Positions 1 through 13,358 of a stretch of 64,000 bases of DNA are shown here, piece by piece. Location: assembly GCA_051294375.1 (NCBI GenBank), contig JBJCIZ010000239.1, positions 6,867,545 through 6,931,544 of the forward strand. Direction: 5' to 3'. Source of the stretch: Paraspadella gotoi. Taxonomy: Eukaryota; Animalia; Chaetognatha. The first letter of the stretch is position 1; every line of letters starts with the position of its first letter. The translations under genes were made by a program, and so were the position numbers. Below the pieces are notes generated by a model, which did not search any database, was not told the DNA's origin, and was given only the letters and a program-made list of their open reading frames with translations.

Positions 1-116
1 TCCGTCGGCGGCGAAAATCATATCCTCATTGAGGAACAAAAGATCAAAAGAAAAAAAGAGAAAGAAATTGGGAGAAAAATCGATGACAAAGACAATGACG
101 ACGACGATAATGACAA

Positions 117-165
<49 letters not shown>

Positions 166-224
166 TCGGTTTGCTGAAACCAATCGAATATCTGAAACAT
201 TGAATCCGTGATCATTGACAGGGA

Positions 225-370
225 GTGAATAAACAAGACTGTGAGAAAATCTTGATTGAAAGCTTGCAGGGACCTGCTATGTCATTATCTTGTAAGAGGC
301 ATTAAACCACCAAAGCCTGACCAAAGTCAGGGGCTAGATAGCGTATTTATTAAATGAATAGATAATTTTT
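225..370. repeat. Dispersed ~130-150 bp repeat family (SINE-tail or HINE-like)
   Basis: Core GAGAGTCTTGATTGAAAGCTTGCAGGGACCTGCTATGTCATTATCTTGTAAGAG...CCTTAAACCACCAAAGCCTGTCCAAAGTCAGGGG. Recurs at ~6565-6700(+), 13466-13520(-), 15735-15870(+), 23614-23650(+), 25345-25432(-), 49923-50080(-), 52905-53065(+). Confidence 0.85.
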
Positions 371-419
371 ATATAGACTATAGTCGTACTAATTTCATGC
401 AATATTATTTTATTCCCAG

Positions 420-3400
420 ACGGCTCCGTCGGCCGTTTCCTCGCCTTCTCCTCCTCTTCCTCGTTCACCTCCTCTTCCTCGTTCACTTCCTCTCTCCGAC
501 GAATCTCTTTCACCGCGAGAACCGACGTCTTCACACCGAATCGCCGTCTACGAGGTGAGCAGGGGGGGAGGGTGAGAGGGCTCACGGGGTGATCTAGAAA
601 AGTCACCGAGGATCGAAAATCAAAAATTGAAGAAGTGCGGTTGATTTGTTTACTTTAGTAGTTTAAAATTCATTAGCCATTTCTATTTGTTACTATACGA
701 GGTCATGTCTTTAATGTCGTCATGTTGATAATGTTATTTTAATTTTGTATTTGATTTTAGTCTCATTTACTGTCATTTACTGAGGCAAAAAAAATTCTGC
801 CACTAGTTATACACTGAAAGTAAAATAACTTTTCTCAATTTTTTAAAATTAGTTCATATTGAATAATATCTTAATCTCAATTCATTTTTTTTTACCGCGC
901 AGACAATCGACTCGGCCTCGCGAGAAGAAATTTTCGTCAAAGAAGTTAAAGACAATCCGTTACGCGATTTGGTTCGGAAAATTGAAAAGTCGAACCGGGC
1001 CAAGCGGAGAAAGGTGACCAAAAAATGAGCTATGGAGAGAGTAGGATATGTTCAATCGACTGCAGTCAAGGGACGCGCGTCAACAGTTACTCCTCAAGCA
1101 GCCGATTGAGTCGTTCTCATTCTGATTAGTTCCCTGCGTTGCGTCAGGAGACACATTGGCGCGCGCCGCGGAGCGGAGAGCCAGACGGCCCACAGCGCGA
1201 GCTGGCGAAGCGGAGGAGCACAGCACACACGAGAGCGACGCGAGCCGCCGCCGTCGAGGTATCGTCCGAGGTGGCGCGGGCAGACTAGGTACGGCTTCAT
1301 CTGCACACGACGAGCACAGAGAGTAGGACACGACAGGAATCTCAGTCTGAGATGTTTCGAGCTGAGATTGAAGAGAGAATAGTGAAAGAGACAGTGTTAG
1401 ACAAGAGCACACGAGATAATTTATACGAGAACACGAGAGGATAGAAGGATCAGAGGAGAGAGAGGAAGATCACGCAACTAATTAACCATAATAAACAGAA
1501 AAGAGAAGGAGAAACAGCTTACAATATATATCGTTGTTGAATAACGGAAATTTGGCAGATTTGGCGATTGGGAAAGAACCAAGTCAGAGAGTCAAAAAAG
1601 AGTTTATTAAGTCTAGAAAAGAAAACCAGAGTATTCGATATATTATTATGACTTATTCACTTGATATTTTAGCGATTATCTAATCAATTTTTATAATATG
1701 TATTATTATTTTAATTTCTAAATTACTTCTATATTATTAGATATGCCTTAATTTATTTTTTATTCACATTCATTTATTTTGCTAAATAATTTGAACAAAT
1801 TCCTTAATAACAAAATTATGCTTTCATTTTAATTAATCACACTTATTATCAGAAATGCTTATATAAAACTATTAAACTCCTCTATAACAATAAGTCTTGT
1901 GTGAGGAGAGAATTCTATGTACACATTGTACGAAACGAGAGATCGACGTTGCCGGTGCTTTTTTCAGTAAAAAAATAGATCATAAGAGAGTATTAATATA
2001 TGGTAAATAACGGTGACGTTTGCCTCAAATACTTACTTTTAATTCATAAGAAGAATTACGCGAAAAAGAAATGTGAGAAGTAAAGAACAAACAATAGAGA
2101 TACGTCAGATTGCTTCTCCAAATAGAGGCAGAGGCACCACGCAGAGGTGAGAGAAGATGATATTCCACACTGAGATATAACACGGTCTGGGAGAGTAGGC
2201 TAAAGGTCTAATCAGGTGAAATCCATGTTGGCCACATCTGTTCTTTCAACCCATTCACTGAGCGCCTCTGCAAGTTGTGCGCGCGGATCTAACCAACCCG
2301 CTCCGCAGCATATAATTAGACTTCGCACCAGAGATCACCAGAGTTTGGAGACGACAGCTCTGATATACCAAGCGCCACCGAGCCATATTGATGCCAGTCA
2401 GGTCTGTATCTTTCTCAAGTCTAATGTTAGTCTCGATGTCCGATATTGTCTCTGAGTTCCGAGGAGCGCTAGAGACCGTTAGTACCGTTCTTCTCCATAG
2501 CGCGTGCGGTGTATCACACTTTATACCAGGCCCATTACGCAGATCTTCGATCTCATCTCTAGAGGTTTGATCTCATGATACGTGCCAACAATGGCATTTG
2601 ACTCGGCGAATGAGCGACACTTGAAGACAGCTATAGGCAATCCATCGGCGGCAGTAGTCTTACATTCTCGAACGGAGCGAAGAAGAGAAGAGCCTACTCG
2701 TTATGTACCGCAATAAAGGCCAAAGAGCGTAGTGATTTCCATGAGCGTCCGTCAACGCATCGTCTTGAATTCTCTCATCTCGAGCTTTTACTCTCCTCAT
2801 CGAGGCCTAACTCGATGCTTCGATTCCGCACAGTCGCAGTACGTCACGCTTGATATAACATCGATCGGCTCCCACATCTCATGTCTTGTTCTCCCTACCA
2901 CGCTTCCGATTCTCTCAAGCGCCCATACACGCGCTTGGAGTTTCACAGAGACAAAGCACAGTCCTTCGAAAGATTATATCTGCGACGCATTATTACACGA
3001 AGGACACAACGCAAGCACTAATCGAGAGATATCCAAAGGCAAGAGGGCTTGATAATCCACAGATAATATGATCATTTTATATTGAGAGACGGCATATCGG
3101 ATGCTTTTGATTGTATATTGGCGAATATGTGCACACATGTATGTCTGGATTCTTGCCTACCTGAGTCTGCTCTTTAGTCCTGTCGGGCAGATAGAAGCGC
3201 GTATATTGTAGGATATGATATCCATGAACCTAAGTGGAGTCGATTGAGATATTTGCGGAATACAGGCGCATATGATATTTGTAGATATCAGCAAGAAGCC
3301 CATTAGATATCGCGATGAGTGTCCCCACTAAAGAAGCCCTTTAGAATGTGCAGCGCCAGATTCGAAGGCTTGAGTCATTAGCTATGTCAATATCGCAAGA

Positions 3401-5411
3401 CCAAAATCAAGTCATGAGAGAGAACATTCTAGGCCTAATGAGACATACGATATTACACGAAGAGTAGCACAAATGTATAGCTGAGTACCTTATTTTATTG
3501 CATATATGAGATATATAATTACAGTAATGCACTCGTCAGATCCCTAAGTACTAAGCACTTCAACATCAAATTATATTTATCGATATAGAATTCCCCAATA
3601 TGCTAGTAACCATATTCAATTATTCATCATTGTTAATAATTAATAATTGTGTAACTTGGCAATAAAATAACAAGTGGGCTGAAGATGACCGTCTATAAAA
3701 GTTAGGAGCCAGAAGTAGGAAGACGCGACCAGCCGGTATGGAGCATTGCTAAAGTTCTGCACCCGCTATTAAGCATGACGAGAACTTCAAGTAAGGTGAA
3801 ACCGAGTGGCTCATTGAAAAGATACGCAAACGAGCANNNNNNNNNNNNNNNNNNNNNNNNNACTGGGATTTAGAGAAGAAAGGAAAATCATTGTTGGCCT
3901 CGCTTCCCCCCCCCTCGGGTCCCGGAGACACCCCCCCTCAGCTTGAGTTTCAAGGACAAGAACTTTGAATTCCGCAAAAGGCCAAGAGCTTGATTCTTAA
4001 GCTTGATTGCCAAGGCCAAGAGTTGATTTCCAAGCTTGATTCCCAATGGCCTAAGAACTAGATTCCAAGCTTGGTTCCAATGGCAAGAGCTTTGATTCCC
4101 AAGCTTGTATTCCAAGCCAAAGCTTTATTTCGAAGGACAAGAGCTGATTGCCAAGCTTAATTCAAAGAGCAAGAGCTTGATTCCAAGGCCAAGAGCTTTG
4201 ATTTCAAGGCCAAGAGCTTGATTCCAGCTTTATTCCAAGCCAAGAGCTTGATCCAAGGCCAAGAGCTTAGATTCAGGCCAAGGCTTGATTTCCAAGCTTT
4301 GATTCCAGGGCCAAGAGCTTATTCAAGGCCAACGAGTTGATTCCAGCTTGTATTCCAAGGCCAAGGCTTGATTCCAAAGGGCCAAGAGCTTATTCCAGCT
4401 TGATTCCAAGGCCAAGAGCTTGGATTCAAGCCAAGAGCTTGATTCCAGCTTTATTCCAAGCCAAGAGCTTGATTCCAAGGCAAGGAGCTGTTGTTCCAAG
4501 GGCCAAGAGCTTGATCAAGCTTGATTCCAAGGCCAAGAGCTTGATTTCAAGGCCAAGAGCTTCATTCCAAGCTTTATATCCAAGGCCAAGAGCTTGATTC
4601 CGAAGGCAAGAGTTGATTCAGGCCAAGAGCTGATTCAAGCGTGATTCGGTCATCGCTCAGATCCCTAAGCGCCTCAACAAACAATTATTATCCCCAATAT
4701 TATCTCTCTCTTGTAATGATTTTCCTTTCTTCTCTATCCCAGTTTTTCTCTTCGATTCTTTTACTTTCTTTTCTTTCTAACATTTCCCTTTTTCTCTTNN
4801 NNNNNNNNTCCCAGTTTTTCTCTTTGATTCTTTTACTTTCTTTTCTTTCTAACATTTCTCTTTTTCTCTTTTTCCTTTCTTTTCTTTTCTTTCTTAAAAA
4901 AGTAGAGGCAAATCGATTTCCATTAAATTTTTGGCTATTTTTTCTGAAAGCACCAAATTTCATTTTAAATTTAATATTAAAGCAATTTTTAGGTTTAAAG
5001 ATTAAGCTCGAGATAAGGGTTAAGGATTAGATTAAGAATTTGGTTCAATATTAGAAATAGGGTTAAAAATAAGGCTCGAGGATTAGATAAAACATTTAAA
5101 AATTGATTAGGCTTAAAAATATCAAGGTTAAAATCGAATTTACGGTACAGTAACAGAAATGAAGCGCTTTCGGGTAATAGTGCCGCTTTTTTTCCCTTTC
5201 CTTTCGTTCGAATTCGAGTCACGATTTTTATTTTCCATCGACACAGACGAGGGTGGCCACCGGCGCCGGAGATGAAGCCGAGAGCGCCGGAAACGGCGAC
5301 GACGGCGGCGNNNNNNNNNNCGGCGGCGGCGGCAACGGCAGCAGCGGCAACGAGGCTAATCAAATAGAAGCGACTCAATCGGCGGCTGGAGAAAACACTT
5401 CTCTTAATCAG
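420..5411 (+). CDS. Probable internal exons of an upstream gene of unknown product (exons 420-554, 903-1013, 5247-5411)
   Basis: Three GC-richer segments bounded by cag|...|gt, all phase 0-0 and stop-free (135, 111, 165 nt): TAPSAVSSPSPPLPRS...IAVYE; TIDSASREEIFVKEVKDNPLRDLVRKIEKSNRAKRRK; TRVATGAGDEAES...NTSLNQ. No recognisable domain. Confidence 0.4.
1950..3836 (+). mobile_element. Heavily frameshifted Ty3/gypsy pol remnant (RT-RNaseH-integrase, possible chromodomain)
   Basis: Motif fragments in gypsy order across frames: KKCE (~2066, RT), IDASQ (~2387, RNaseH DAS), SVRQR (~2745), LLHEGH (~2990) and EYVHTC (~3123; integrase HHCC), ISMN (~3218), VDISK (~3281), GETEWLIEKIRKR (~3795; chromodomain-like start). 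Abuts a 25-N gap and looks like noisy long-read sequence. Confidence 0.5.
3950..4640. repeat. Minisatellite, ~20-bp unit TTGATTCCAAGGCCAAGAGC mixed with 12-bp TTGATTCCAAGC units
   Basis: Directly visible degenerate tandem array. Confidence 0.9.
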
Positions 5412-5693
5412 GTAAACAAAAGACAAAACAGAGAATGCTTTTTTAAAAAACAACGGTCAAAAAAAAGAAGAAAATAAAAAACATGGTTAAAATAAAACAA
5501 AACAAAACAACAATTCGAGGAAAATTATGAAGAAATTAAGAGAGGAGATGAAAAAGAAGTAAAGGAAAATAAAAAAACAAAAAAACATTAGTTTTTACTT
5601 CTTATTTTGATGAAATTGAAATCGTTTTCCAGAATTTCTTTTATTTTTCCTCGTCGGTTTTAAGATGTAAACTATGAAAACAATATTTACGGA

Positions 5694-5725
<32 letters not shown>

Positions 5726-7495
5726 TCGTAATGTTTACGAGAGAATTCGTATCACGATCTCCAGGGAACGATAAAAGATTGAAAGGAGTAAAAGATTAAA
5801 AGAAGCCGTTTAAGAGAGAATTAATGATTAAAAATACGAGAAAAAAAAAACCCCGACTAATAAAGACATAAAAGAAACGAGAGTTCAGCCGTTCATAATT
5901 CGGGAAGACTTTCCACAGCCTTTTTTAAAACTGTTCAAATGAAACTGGAAGAAGTTGAAAACTTTGTTCCAGTTCAGGACTAAATTTCTTTATCCCGCCT
6001 TCATTACGAGAGAACCGTTGAATGTAAAATAAAACATAAAACTTTTTTTCAGAATCTGCTCGATCGTAGCTTTCAGAAAATACAGAGGACTTAAAAAATT
6101 AAAATTAATTTTAAGTTTTAACAACCTTCCTCCTACCGATAAAAAGAGATAGATTTTGCGTCCGGCCGAAAAACCCTTTTAAGGGGCCCCTATTTCAGAA
6201 CGGGCCGAAGCTATCGGTAATCTCCGCACGATTTCTCTCTCGTGGGATTCACCTTCTCTGCCCCACCTCTCCCCCAGGTCACCCCACGCCACCAAGCACT
6301 CATCGTCACTGCCAACCCCCCCTTCCCGAGCGGCCAAGACGAGCCACGTGATGGGAAGTGGCCGATTACTTACCATCGGGGGGTGGTGACGGTCAAGGGT
6401 TCGAGCCTGGTCCCTTCCGCGTATTTTTCTTTTTCTTTTGTTTTGGTTGGGGCGATTCTAGTGAAGCTTTTTTTCTCAGTCGTGATTGTGAATAAAATAC
6501 GATTGAAGGGAATGCTTGAAATATATTATAGCCCACTTCGCGTTTAGAGAAGCCAGGTACTCTGGGAGAGAGGCTTGATTGAAAGCTTTAGGGACTTGCT
6601 AGGTCATTATCTTGTGAAGTGACTGGAGGCCTTAAACCACCAAAGCCTGTTCAAATCAGGAGCATGATAGATTATTTATTAATGAATGGATAAATTTTTT
6701 TTTTAATTGATTATTGCCCAATTTAATAGAAAACGTTTTATTTGCATTTTCACAAGTTTGTTGTTTGTTGTTCTCTCATACCCAAGACTCTTTGCGTCCC
6801 GGCCGAAGAAACAAGGAAAGGCAACTTGGGCCATGTCATTGTCTTGGCGAGTTCTTGTCTCTGACTCGCTCTCTGTCTCTGTCTCGCTCTCTCTGCCTCT
6901 GCTCTCGCTGCCGCTCTCCCTTCCCATGATGCCAGAGGCTTTCTTTTCGCCCGTTTGCAATTTCCTCCTGAACGAGGTGCCTCCCGTTTTATCGGTTATA
7001 CCACTCCCCTGGCCCCCTATCTCTCTCAGTCTCTTCTCAACTCTCTCTCTCTCATCTCTCTCATCTCATCAAATCTCTGTCTCAAAGTCCTCCCTCCTCT
7101 CTTCTGCATCTCTCCTCCATATGCGGTTATCAGCTCTGGCGTTTGGGCTTTGGCGCGCATCGAAACCTGGATTCTCAACAGAGGAATACGATGGAAAGAA
7201 ATAGAGAAAGAAGAAGAAAAAGAAAGAGAGAGAGAGAGAGAAAGAAAAACAGAAAGAAAGAAAAGAAAAAAAGAAAAAAAAAAAAAAAAAGACTAAAGCC
7301 AAAATTAAAAGAAGAAAATAAAAAAAACTATCAAAAAGGTAGCGATTAAATACGAAAAGAAAGGGAGAGGGAGAGGGAGATAGAGAGGGATTTAGAGAAA
7401 GAAAGAGGATCGAAAGAAGAGAAGAGAGAAGAGAAAGGAAGAGAGTGAGAGAAAGTTAGAGAGAGAGAGAGAGAGAGGGAGATAGAAGAAAGAAT

Positions 7496-7565
<70 letters not shown>

Positions 7566-7960
7566 AGATGAGAGACGAGGAAGGAATTGGAAATCCCGAT
7601 TAAAGATGTTTGTGGATGAAAAAAGGGAGGGAAAAGGAAGCGATTTGGCAGCGGAGAAGAACAGAAGACGGCGCCTAAACTCTTGTGATCGAATCGAGGA
7701 GGAGAGAGAGAGAGAGAGAGATGATAGTTGACAACAGAGACGCCATCTGGGTTTCAAAGCGCTCGGAATCAGCGAAGCGTCCAAATCGCTAGAATTTGAT
7801 GTAAACAAAACTCGAAAAATTTGTATTCGCGATTCAAGTTAACTTTTCTTTTTTTTTTTGACAAATCTAATTGTGATATATATCCTTTCTTTTCGTTGTT
7901 TGAAGTAGTTAGATAAAGTTTAATTTGGAAAGTGACAACGATTGGTTTTTATTAATATAA

Positions 7961-8004
7961 AACAGACATGTTTCGCCTTTACTTTCAAGCCTTCATCAAG
8001 CGTT
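7961..8004 (-). ncRNA. Degenerate minimal type-I hammerhead ribozyme motif (Penelope-like element type)
   Basis: Minus strand AACG-CTTGATGA-AGGCTTGAAAGTAAAGGC-GAAAC-AT-GTC-TGTT: CUGAUGA-like box (one extra U), stem II, GAAA box, palindromic ACATGT stem III, GUC triplet. Enclosed by a perfect 23-bp inverted repeat (7933-7955 / 8013-8035). Confidence 0.55.
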
Positions 8005-11000
8005 AACAATTTTTAATAAAAACCAATCGTTGTCAAATTCCAAATCAAATTTTCTGTGATAAATCTAATAAAAATTCTCGGACGCGGACAGGAGTAGGAC
8101 CGACCGACCGACCGACCGACCGACCGACCGAGAGTTATTTAAAAAAATACGCCATTGTAAAGTTATATAAAATTTATATAAAGTTAAAATATCTGACATG
8201 CAAAAATATNNNNNNNNNNNNNNNNNNNNNNNNNNNNNNNNNNNNNNNNNNNNNNNNNNNNNNNNNNNNNNNNNNNNNNNNNNNNNNNNNNNNNNNNNNN
8301 NNNNNNNNNNNNNNNNNNNNNNNNNNNNNNNNNNNNNNNNNNNNNNNNNNNNNNNNNNNNNNNNNNNNNNNNNNNNNNNNNNNNNNNNNNNNNNNNNNNN
8401 NNNNNNNNNNNNNNNNNNNNNNNNNNNNNNNNNNNNNNNNNNNNNNNNNNNNNNNNNNNNNNNNNNNNNNNNNNNNNNNNNNNNNNNNNNNNNNNNNNNN
8501 NNNNNNNNNNNNNNNNNNNNNNNNNNNNNNNNNNNNNNNNNNNNNNNNNNNNNNNNNNNNNNNNNNNNNNNNNNNNNNNNNNNNNNNNNNNNNNNNNNNN
8601 NNNNNNNNNNNNNNNNNNNNNNNNNNNNNNNNNNNNNNNNNNNNNNNNNNNNNNNNNNNNNNNNNNNNNNNNNNNNNNNNNNNNNNNNNNNNNNNNNNNN
8701 NNNNNNNNNNNNNNNNNNNNNNNNNNNNNNNNNNNNNNNNNNNNNNNNNNNNNNNNNNNNNNNNNNNNNNNNNNNNNNNNNNNNNNNNNNNNNNNNNNNN
8801 NNNNNNNNNNNNNNNNNNNNNNNNNNNNNNNNNNNNNNNNNNNNNNNNNNNNNNNNNNNNNNNNNNNNNNNNNNNNNNNNNNNNNNNNNNNNNNNNNNNN
8901 NNNNNNNNNNNNNNNNNNNNNNNNNNNNNNNNNNNNNNNNNNNNNNNNNNNNNNNNGAATTCTGGCTCAAGTTTTGGAGAAAACTTTGAGGGTCGAACGG
9001 AAGAGGGGAAGAGGGAGGGTAGAGGAGGGGAGAGGGGGGGAAGTCTAGTTTTTACCTGCGTGGCATCTGAGTGACACCTGCGTGGCACCTGCGTGGCACC
9101 AGCCTGAGCTAGGGCAATGGGCGGAATGCTATTAAAAACTTACTTTTCTATCTCTCTTTTTTATTTGGTTTGTCTTGAATCTTTATTTTGTCTTTTCTTT
9201 CACTATTTATTCAAATTTGCTCTCATTGGCCGCGATCTGAGTGTCTGTCTGATATTTTGAGTTTAATAACAGATTACAATCAAATATTAGTGTTAAAAAA
9301 AGGAGTAGAAATGGGACGCGTTTAGAAAGAGGAGCCCATTTTTCTAACTTTCTCTGTCGCTCCTTCTTTCTCACTCCCCCCCTCCAATCCTTCCGCCCCC
9401 CCTCCGCCCCCCTCGCCCCCCTCCGACTTCGTTCCCTACCGAAATACATTTTCACAATCGATTTCGCGCGACCTTTGGACGAAACGCACGGAGCGGCGAC
9501 ACAGACGGATTTGGTTTGAGCCCTGCTGACCGGAAGAAAAAAAATCGGCGATTAGTTTTCCGGCATTTTCCGGCGAATTCGATGGCGGAAAAGAGGGATT
9601 ACTTGCCGGAAGCAGAGGCGTGGCGGGTGGCGCGTTGACGAGGAGTTGGTTGAGCGTGACAAAGGCTTGGTGCAGAGAAGGTTGAGGTGGACAGAGAGAT
9701 AATAAGAACGTGGCAAAGGAACGTGTCAATAAGAACGTGGCATAGGGTGACATGACGCAGAGAAAGCTGGGCGGAACAGTTTGAGTGTGACAAAGGTTGA
9801 TGTAGACAAAGTTGAGCGTGGCAAAGGTTGACATTGTAGAAAAAGTTGAAAGTTGCAAAGAATGATACCAAGCGTGTCAAAGGATGACGTGGAGAAGGTT
9901 GGGCGTGAGGTATGCTGTCTTGGCGTGACCTAATTCGGCGTTGCCATGCTTATAATGATGTCCTCATGACATGGTGAGAATGTCAAATGTAAATTATCTT
10001 TCAAAGAAGGCGCCACTCTGAAGGTATGTGTCTATCTACGGTTAATCTCTATCTATGCTCTCGTTAGAAAAAAAAGGTAAGTAGGGTGAGAATATAATGG
10101 TAATTGGTAAGTAGCTATAATAAAGCAACAAGGGTACATAAAAGGGGGACAGGAGAGAGGGAAGGTTTGTGGACCCCGAGACCGAGAGGAGAAGTGTAAG
10201 GCCGATCTCTAAGACCCTGATCCGTGACTCGGGGATGAGGAGGAAGAGGAGGAGGAAGAGGCGTTGAATGAGGGAAGAGGAGACCCGGAAGAGAGAAAGG
10301 TTCCTGCGGTGGGGGGACCCTCAATCCCGCTTCCGCATCCCCGAGAGAGCGTTTTCCCTTCGCTTGAGGAATGAAGATTTCTTTTGGTGACAAAGTAGGA
10401 TGGCGACGTTTAGATGGCGATGTACAGATGGCATCGTCCAGATGGCATCGTTCAGATGGCGACGTTTAAATGGCATCGTCCAGATGGCATCGTTCAGATG
10501 GCGACGTTCATATGTCACCGAGCAGTCTTAATCTCGGGCTCCTTGACACTCTCTGACATACTCTCTCTCTTTCTTTGCATCTCTCTTTCTCTGTCTCTGT
10601 CTCTCTCTCTCTCTCCATCTCTCTCTCTGTTCCGATGGTGATGCCTTTTTCGGCGACCTTCTCCGATAAGCGGCTTCAATCTCATTCCCCCCCCCATCCC
10701 CCCTCCATCTCTTTCTCTCAGGTTCACCGACGTCGTTAGTTGATCGTCGTCGTCATAATTGTCGTCGTTATCGTCGTCGTCGTTGTCATCATCATGAGTG
10801 TCGTTGTCATCGTCGTCGTCGTTATGTTCGTAGTTATCGTCGTTGTTATCATATTAGGAGTCGCTCTCATTATCATCATCGTTTTTCGTTGCCGTCGTCA
10901 TCATTGTCATTGTTATCATTGTCATCGTCATCCGTTATCGTTGTCGTCGTAATCGTGGTCGTCGTCGTCGTCGTCGTCGTTGGCGCGTCGTCATTGACGC

Positions 11001-11078
11001 CTCATTAGCGTCGCAAAGGCGTCATCGGGAAGGAACGAGGTTACATTATTGTAAAAAAAGCGGAAAGAGAAAATGATG

Positions 11079-11122
<44 letters not shown>

Positions 11123-11613
11123 AATATCGTAAAAGAGATAAGAAAATTGACGAATCGGAACGAAAAAAAAAGGAGGAATAGAAGAAGGAAAAGGCAGAAC
11201 GGCGCCCCTGCAGCTGCATAGAAGACTTAAAGAGACGCTGAGTCAGTTGACGACGTCGAAGACAATGACGACGACGATGATAACGACGACAATGACATCA
11301 ACACTGACATCGACCCCATTTATTTTAGGCCATTTTTAATTTTTAATTTTTAATATTTTCATCCTTCATTTTCAAAATTTAACTCCCCAGTTTTTGCCTA
11401 CTTCTTAGTTTTTTGCCAAAAGTTTTGTTTTGTTTTTATTTTCCTTTGTTTCTTTTCCTATGTTTTTTTAATTTTTCCTTCTTTATTCTAATCCTCACCT
11501 TTTTATCACTTTTAATTTTCCTTTCATTTCTTCTAAAGCTCCTTTTCTCTTCCCATTTCCCCCTTTTCCTCTCTCTCTCTTCTCTCTCTCTCTCTCTCTC
11601 TCTCCTCTCTCCT

Positions 11614-11649
<36 letters not shown>

Positions 11650-11666
11650 TCTCTCTCTCCTCTCTC

Positions 11667-11707
<41 letters not shown>

Positions 11708-12404
11708 CTTTCCCCCTCTCACTTTCTCCTTTCTCGGTACCGACCGATATCTCATCTTCCCTTTTGTCTTAAAGACGTGAAGGCAAGTGGCGCGCCTCTC
11801 GCCACGACGCCGCTAATCGGCGCCGCTTTCGCTTTAAACGCCCACGCGCGCCGACATCTTCGCGTGGGCGGTGGGGTAATGGGCGGCGCTTGCGGCGGCG
11901 GCCTTGACGTAATCTCTAACCCAAATATTAAACTAATCCTTAACCTAATTTTTAAATATTTTAAATAATTTAAATATTAAACTAAATTCTAACCTAATTT
12001 TTAAATATTTTAAATATTAAACTAATCCTTAATCTAATCTTTAAACGATCAAGAAAGCTATTAATCAATATCGCGCTTATTTATAATTACAAATTGCCTC
12101 ATTAGTCATTACGTCGAATTGTTTATATTCCTCATCGCCAACATTCTCAATAAAAATAAACATTTAACAATAATCAGTAAGTTATTAAGTATTACTTTAC
12201 AGGAATTTTCTGCAGCAGTTAAAGCGTAAGTGGTATAAACCAACATATGGACTGACCGACCGAACAAAAAGTACCTAATAGAATTTCTTCGCGAGTTCGC
12301 ATTGGATTCTCTTTTGCGAGAGTGCCCAATTTCTGTTGGTTTATCCTTTAATGGATTTTTAACTTTAAAATTTAATTTAAATATATACTTAGAGCGATAA
12401 CATA

Positions 12405-12722
12405 ATCCTTAACCCTAAGCTTGAGTCTTAAGCCTAATCTTGAGCCTTAACCCTAATCTTGAGCTTTAACCCTAATCTTGAGCCTTAACCCTAATCTTGA
12501 GCGCTAACCATAATCTTGAGCTTTAACCCTAATCTTGCGCCTTAACCCTAATCTTGAGCCTTAACCCTAATCTTGAGCCCTAACCCTAAACCATTAACCT
12601 TAATTTCTATCCTTAACCTCTAACCCATAACCTTTGTCCCTAACCCAAATCCTTACCCTTAATCACTAACCAAGTCCCTCCCCTTAATAACTAACATAAT
12701 CCTTAATCTTAACCCTAATCCT
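12405..12722. repeat. 19-bp tandem repeat GAGCCTTAACCCTAATCTT grading into telomere-like CCCTAA-rich sequence
   Basis: About 9 visible units, then degenerate TAACCC hexamers. Confidence 0.85.
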
Positions 12723-13077
12723 TAAGAAAATGAACCAATTTCCGTATTTTAGATAAAATGGGTGGTTCTAGGAAAATAAGGCCGGATTTCGTCGTAATCT
12801 CCGAGTCAGTCCGCGGAAAATAGACAATTAAGTAAATAAGTATTACATGCAAACGCATCTTAAACAAAAGAGCGTATTTCTCACACACCCCCCCAAAAAA
12901 AACCGTTCTAAACCGACTGTATCCCATTGTATCCGATCTCGTTGTATCCGATCTCGTTGTATCCGATCCCCTCTTCGCTCGGATTTTTCACGCGATTCTC
13001 ACGCTGACGTCCCGTCGGTTTTTCTCTCTTTGTCATTTGTCAAATCGAAACCTTTTTTCTTTTTGCTTGGAGTATCG

Positions 13078-13177
<100 letters not shown>

Positions 13178-13237
13178 CCTCTCGTCCGGGACTCTCGTCT
13201 CGGGTTGCCATCGGCAAACCAGTCACGTTTCTCCCAG

Positions 13238-13259
13238 GCGTTGGCGTCTGGCTGTTGTT

Positions 13260-13321
<62 letters not shown>

Positions 13322-13358
13322 CCTCCTAATGGCCGTCTTCGTCTTCGTCATTCGCGAG
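13238..13358 (+). CDS. Candidate N-terminal NHE exon (hydrophobic signal/anchor segment)
   Basis: cccag|G-CGT-TGG... reads RWRLA-(V)~23-LLMAVFVFVIRE|gt. Ends in phase 0, compatible with the exon at 16057. No homology support. Confidence 0.3.

Noticed and set aside
8065-9088. ~300-aa ORFs in the track
   Set aside because: They are translations of an N gap (8210-8956).
12405-12722. True telomere or interstitial telomeric array
   Set aside because: A 19-bp satellite with degenerate hexamers, not a perfect (TTAGGG)n tract.
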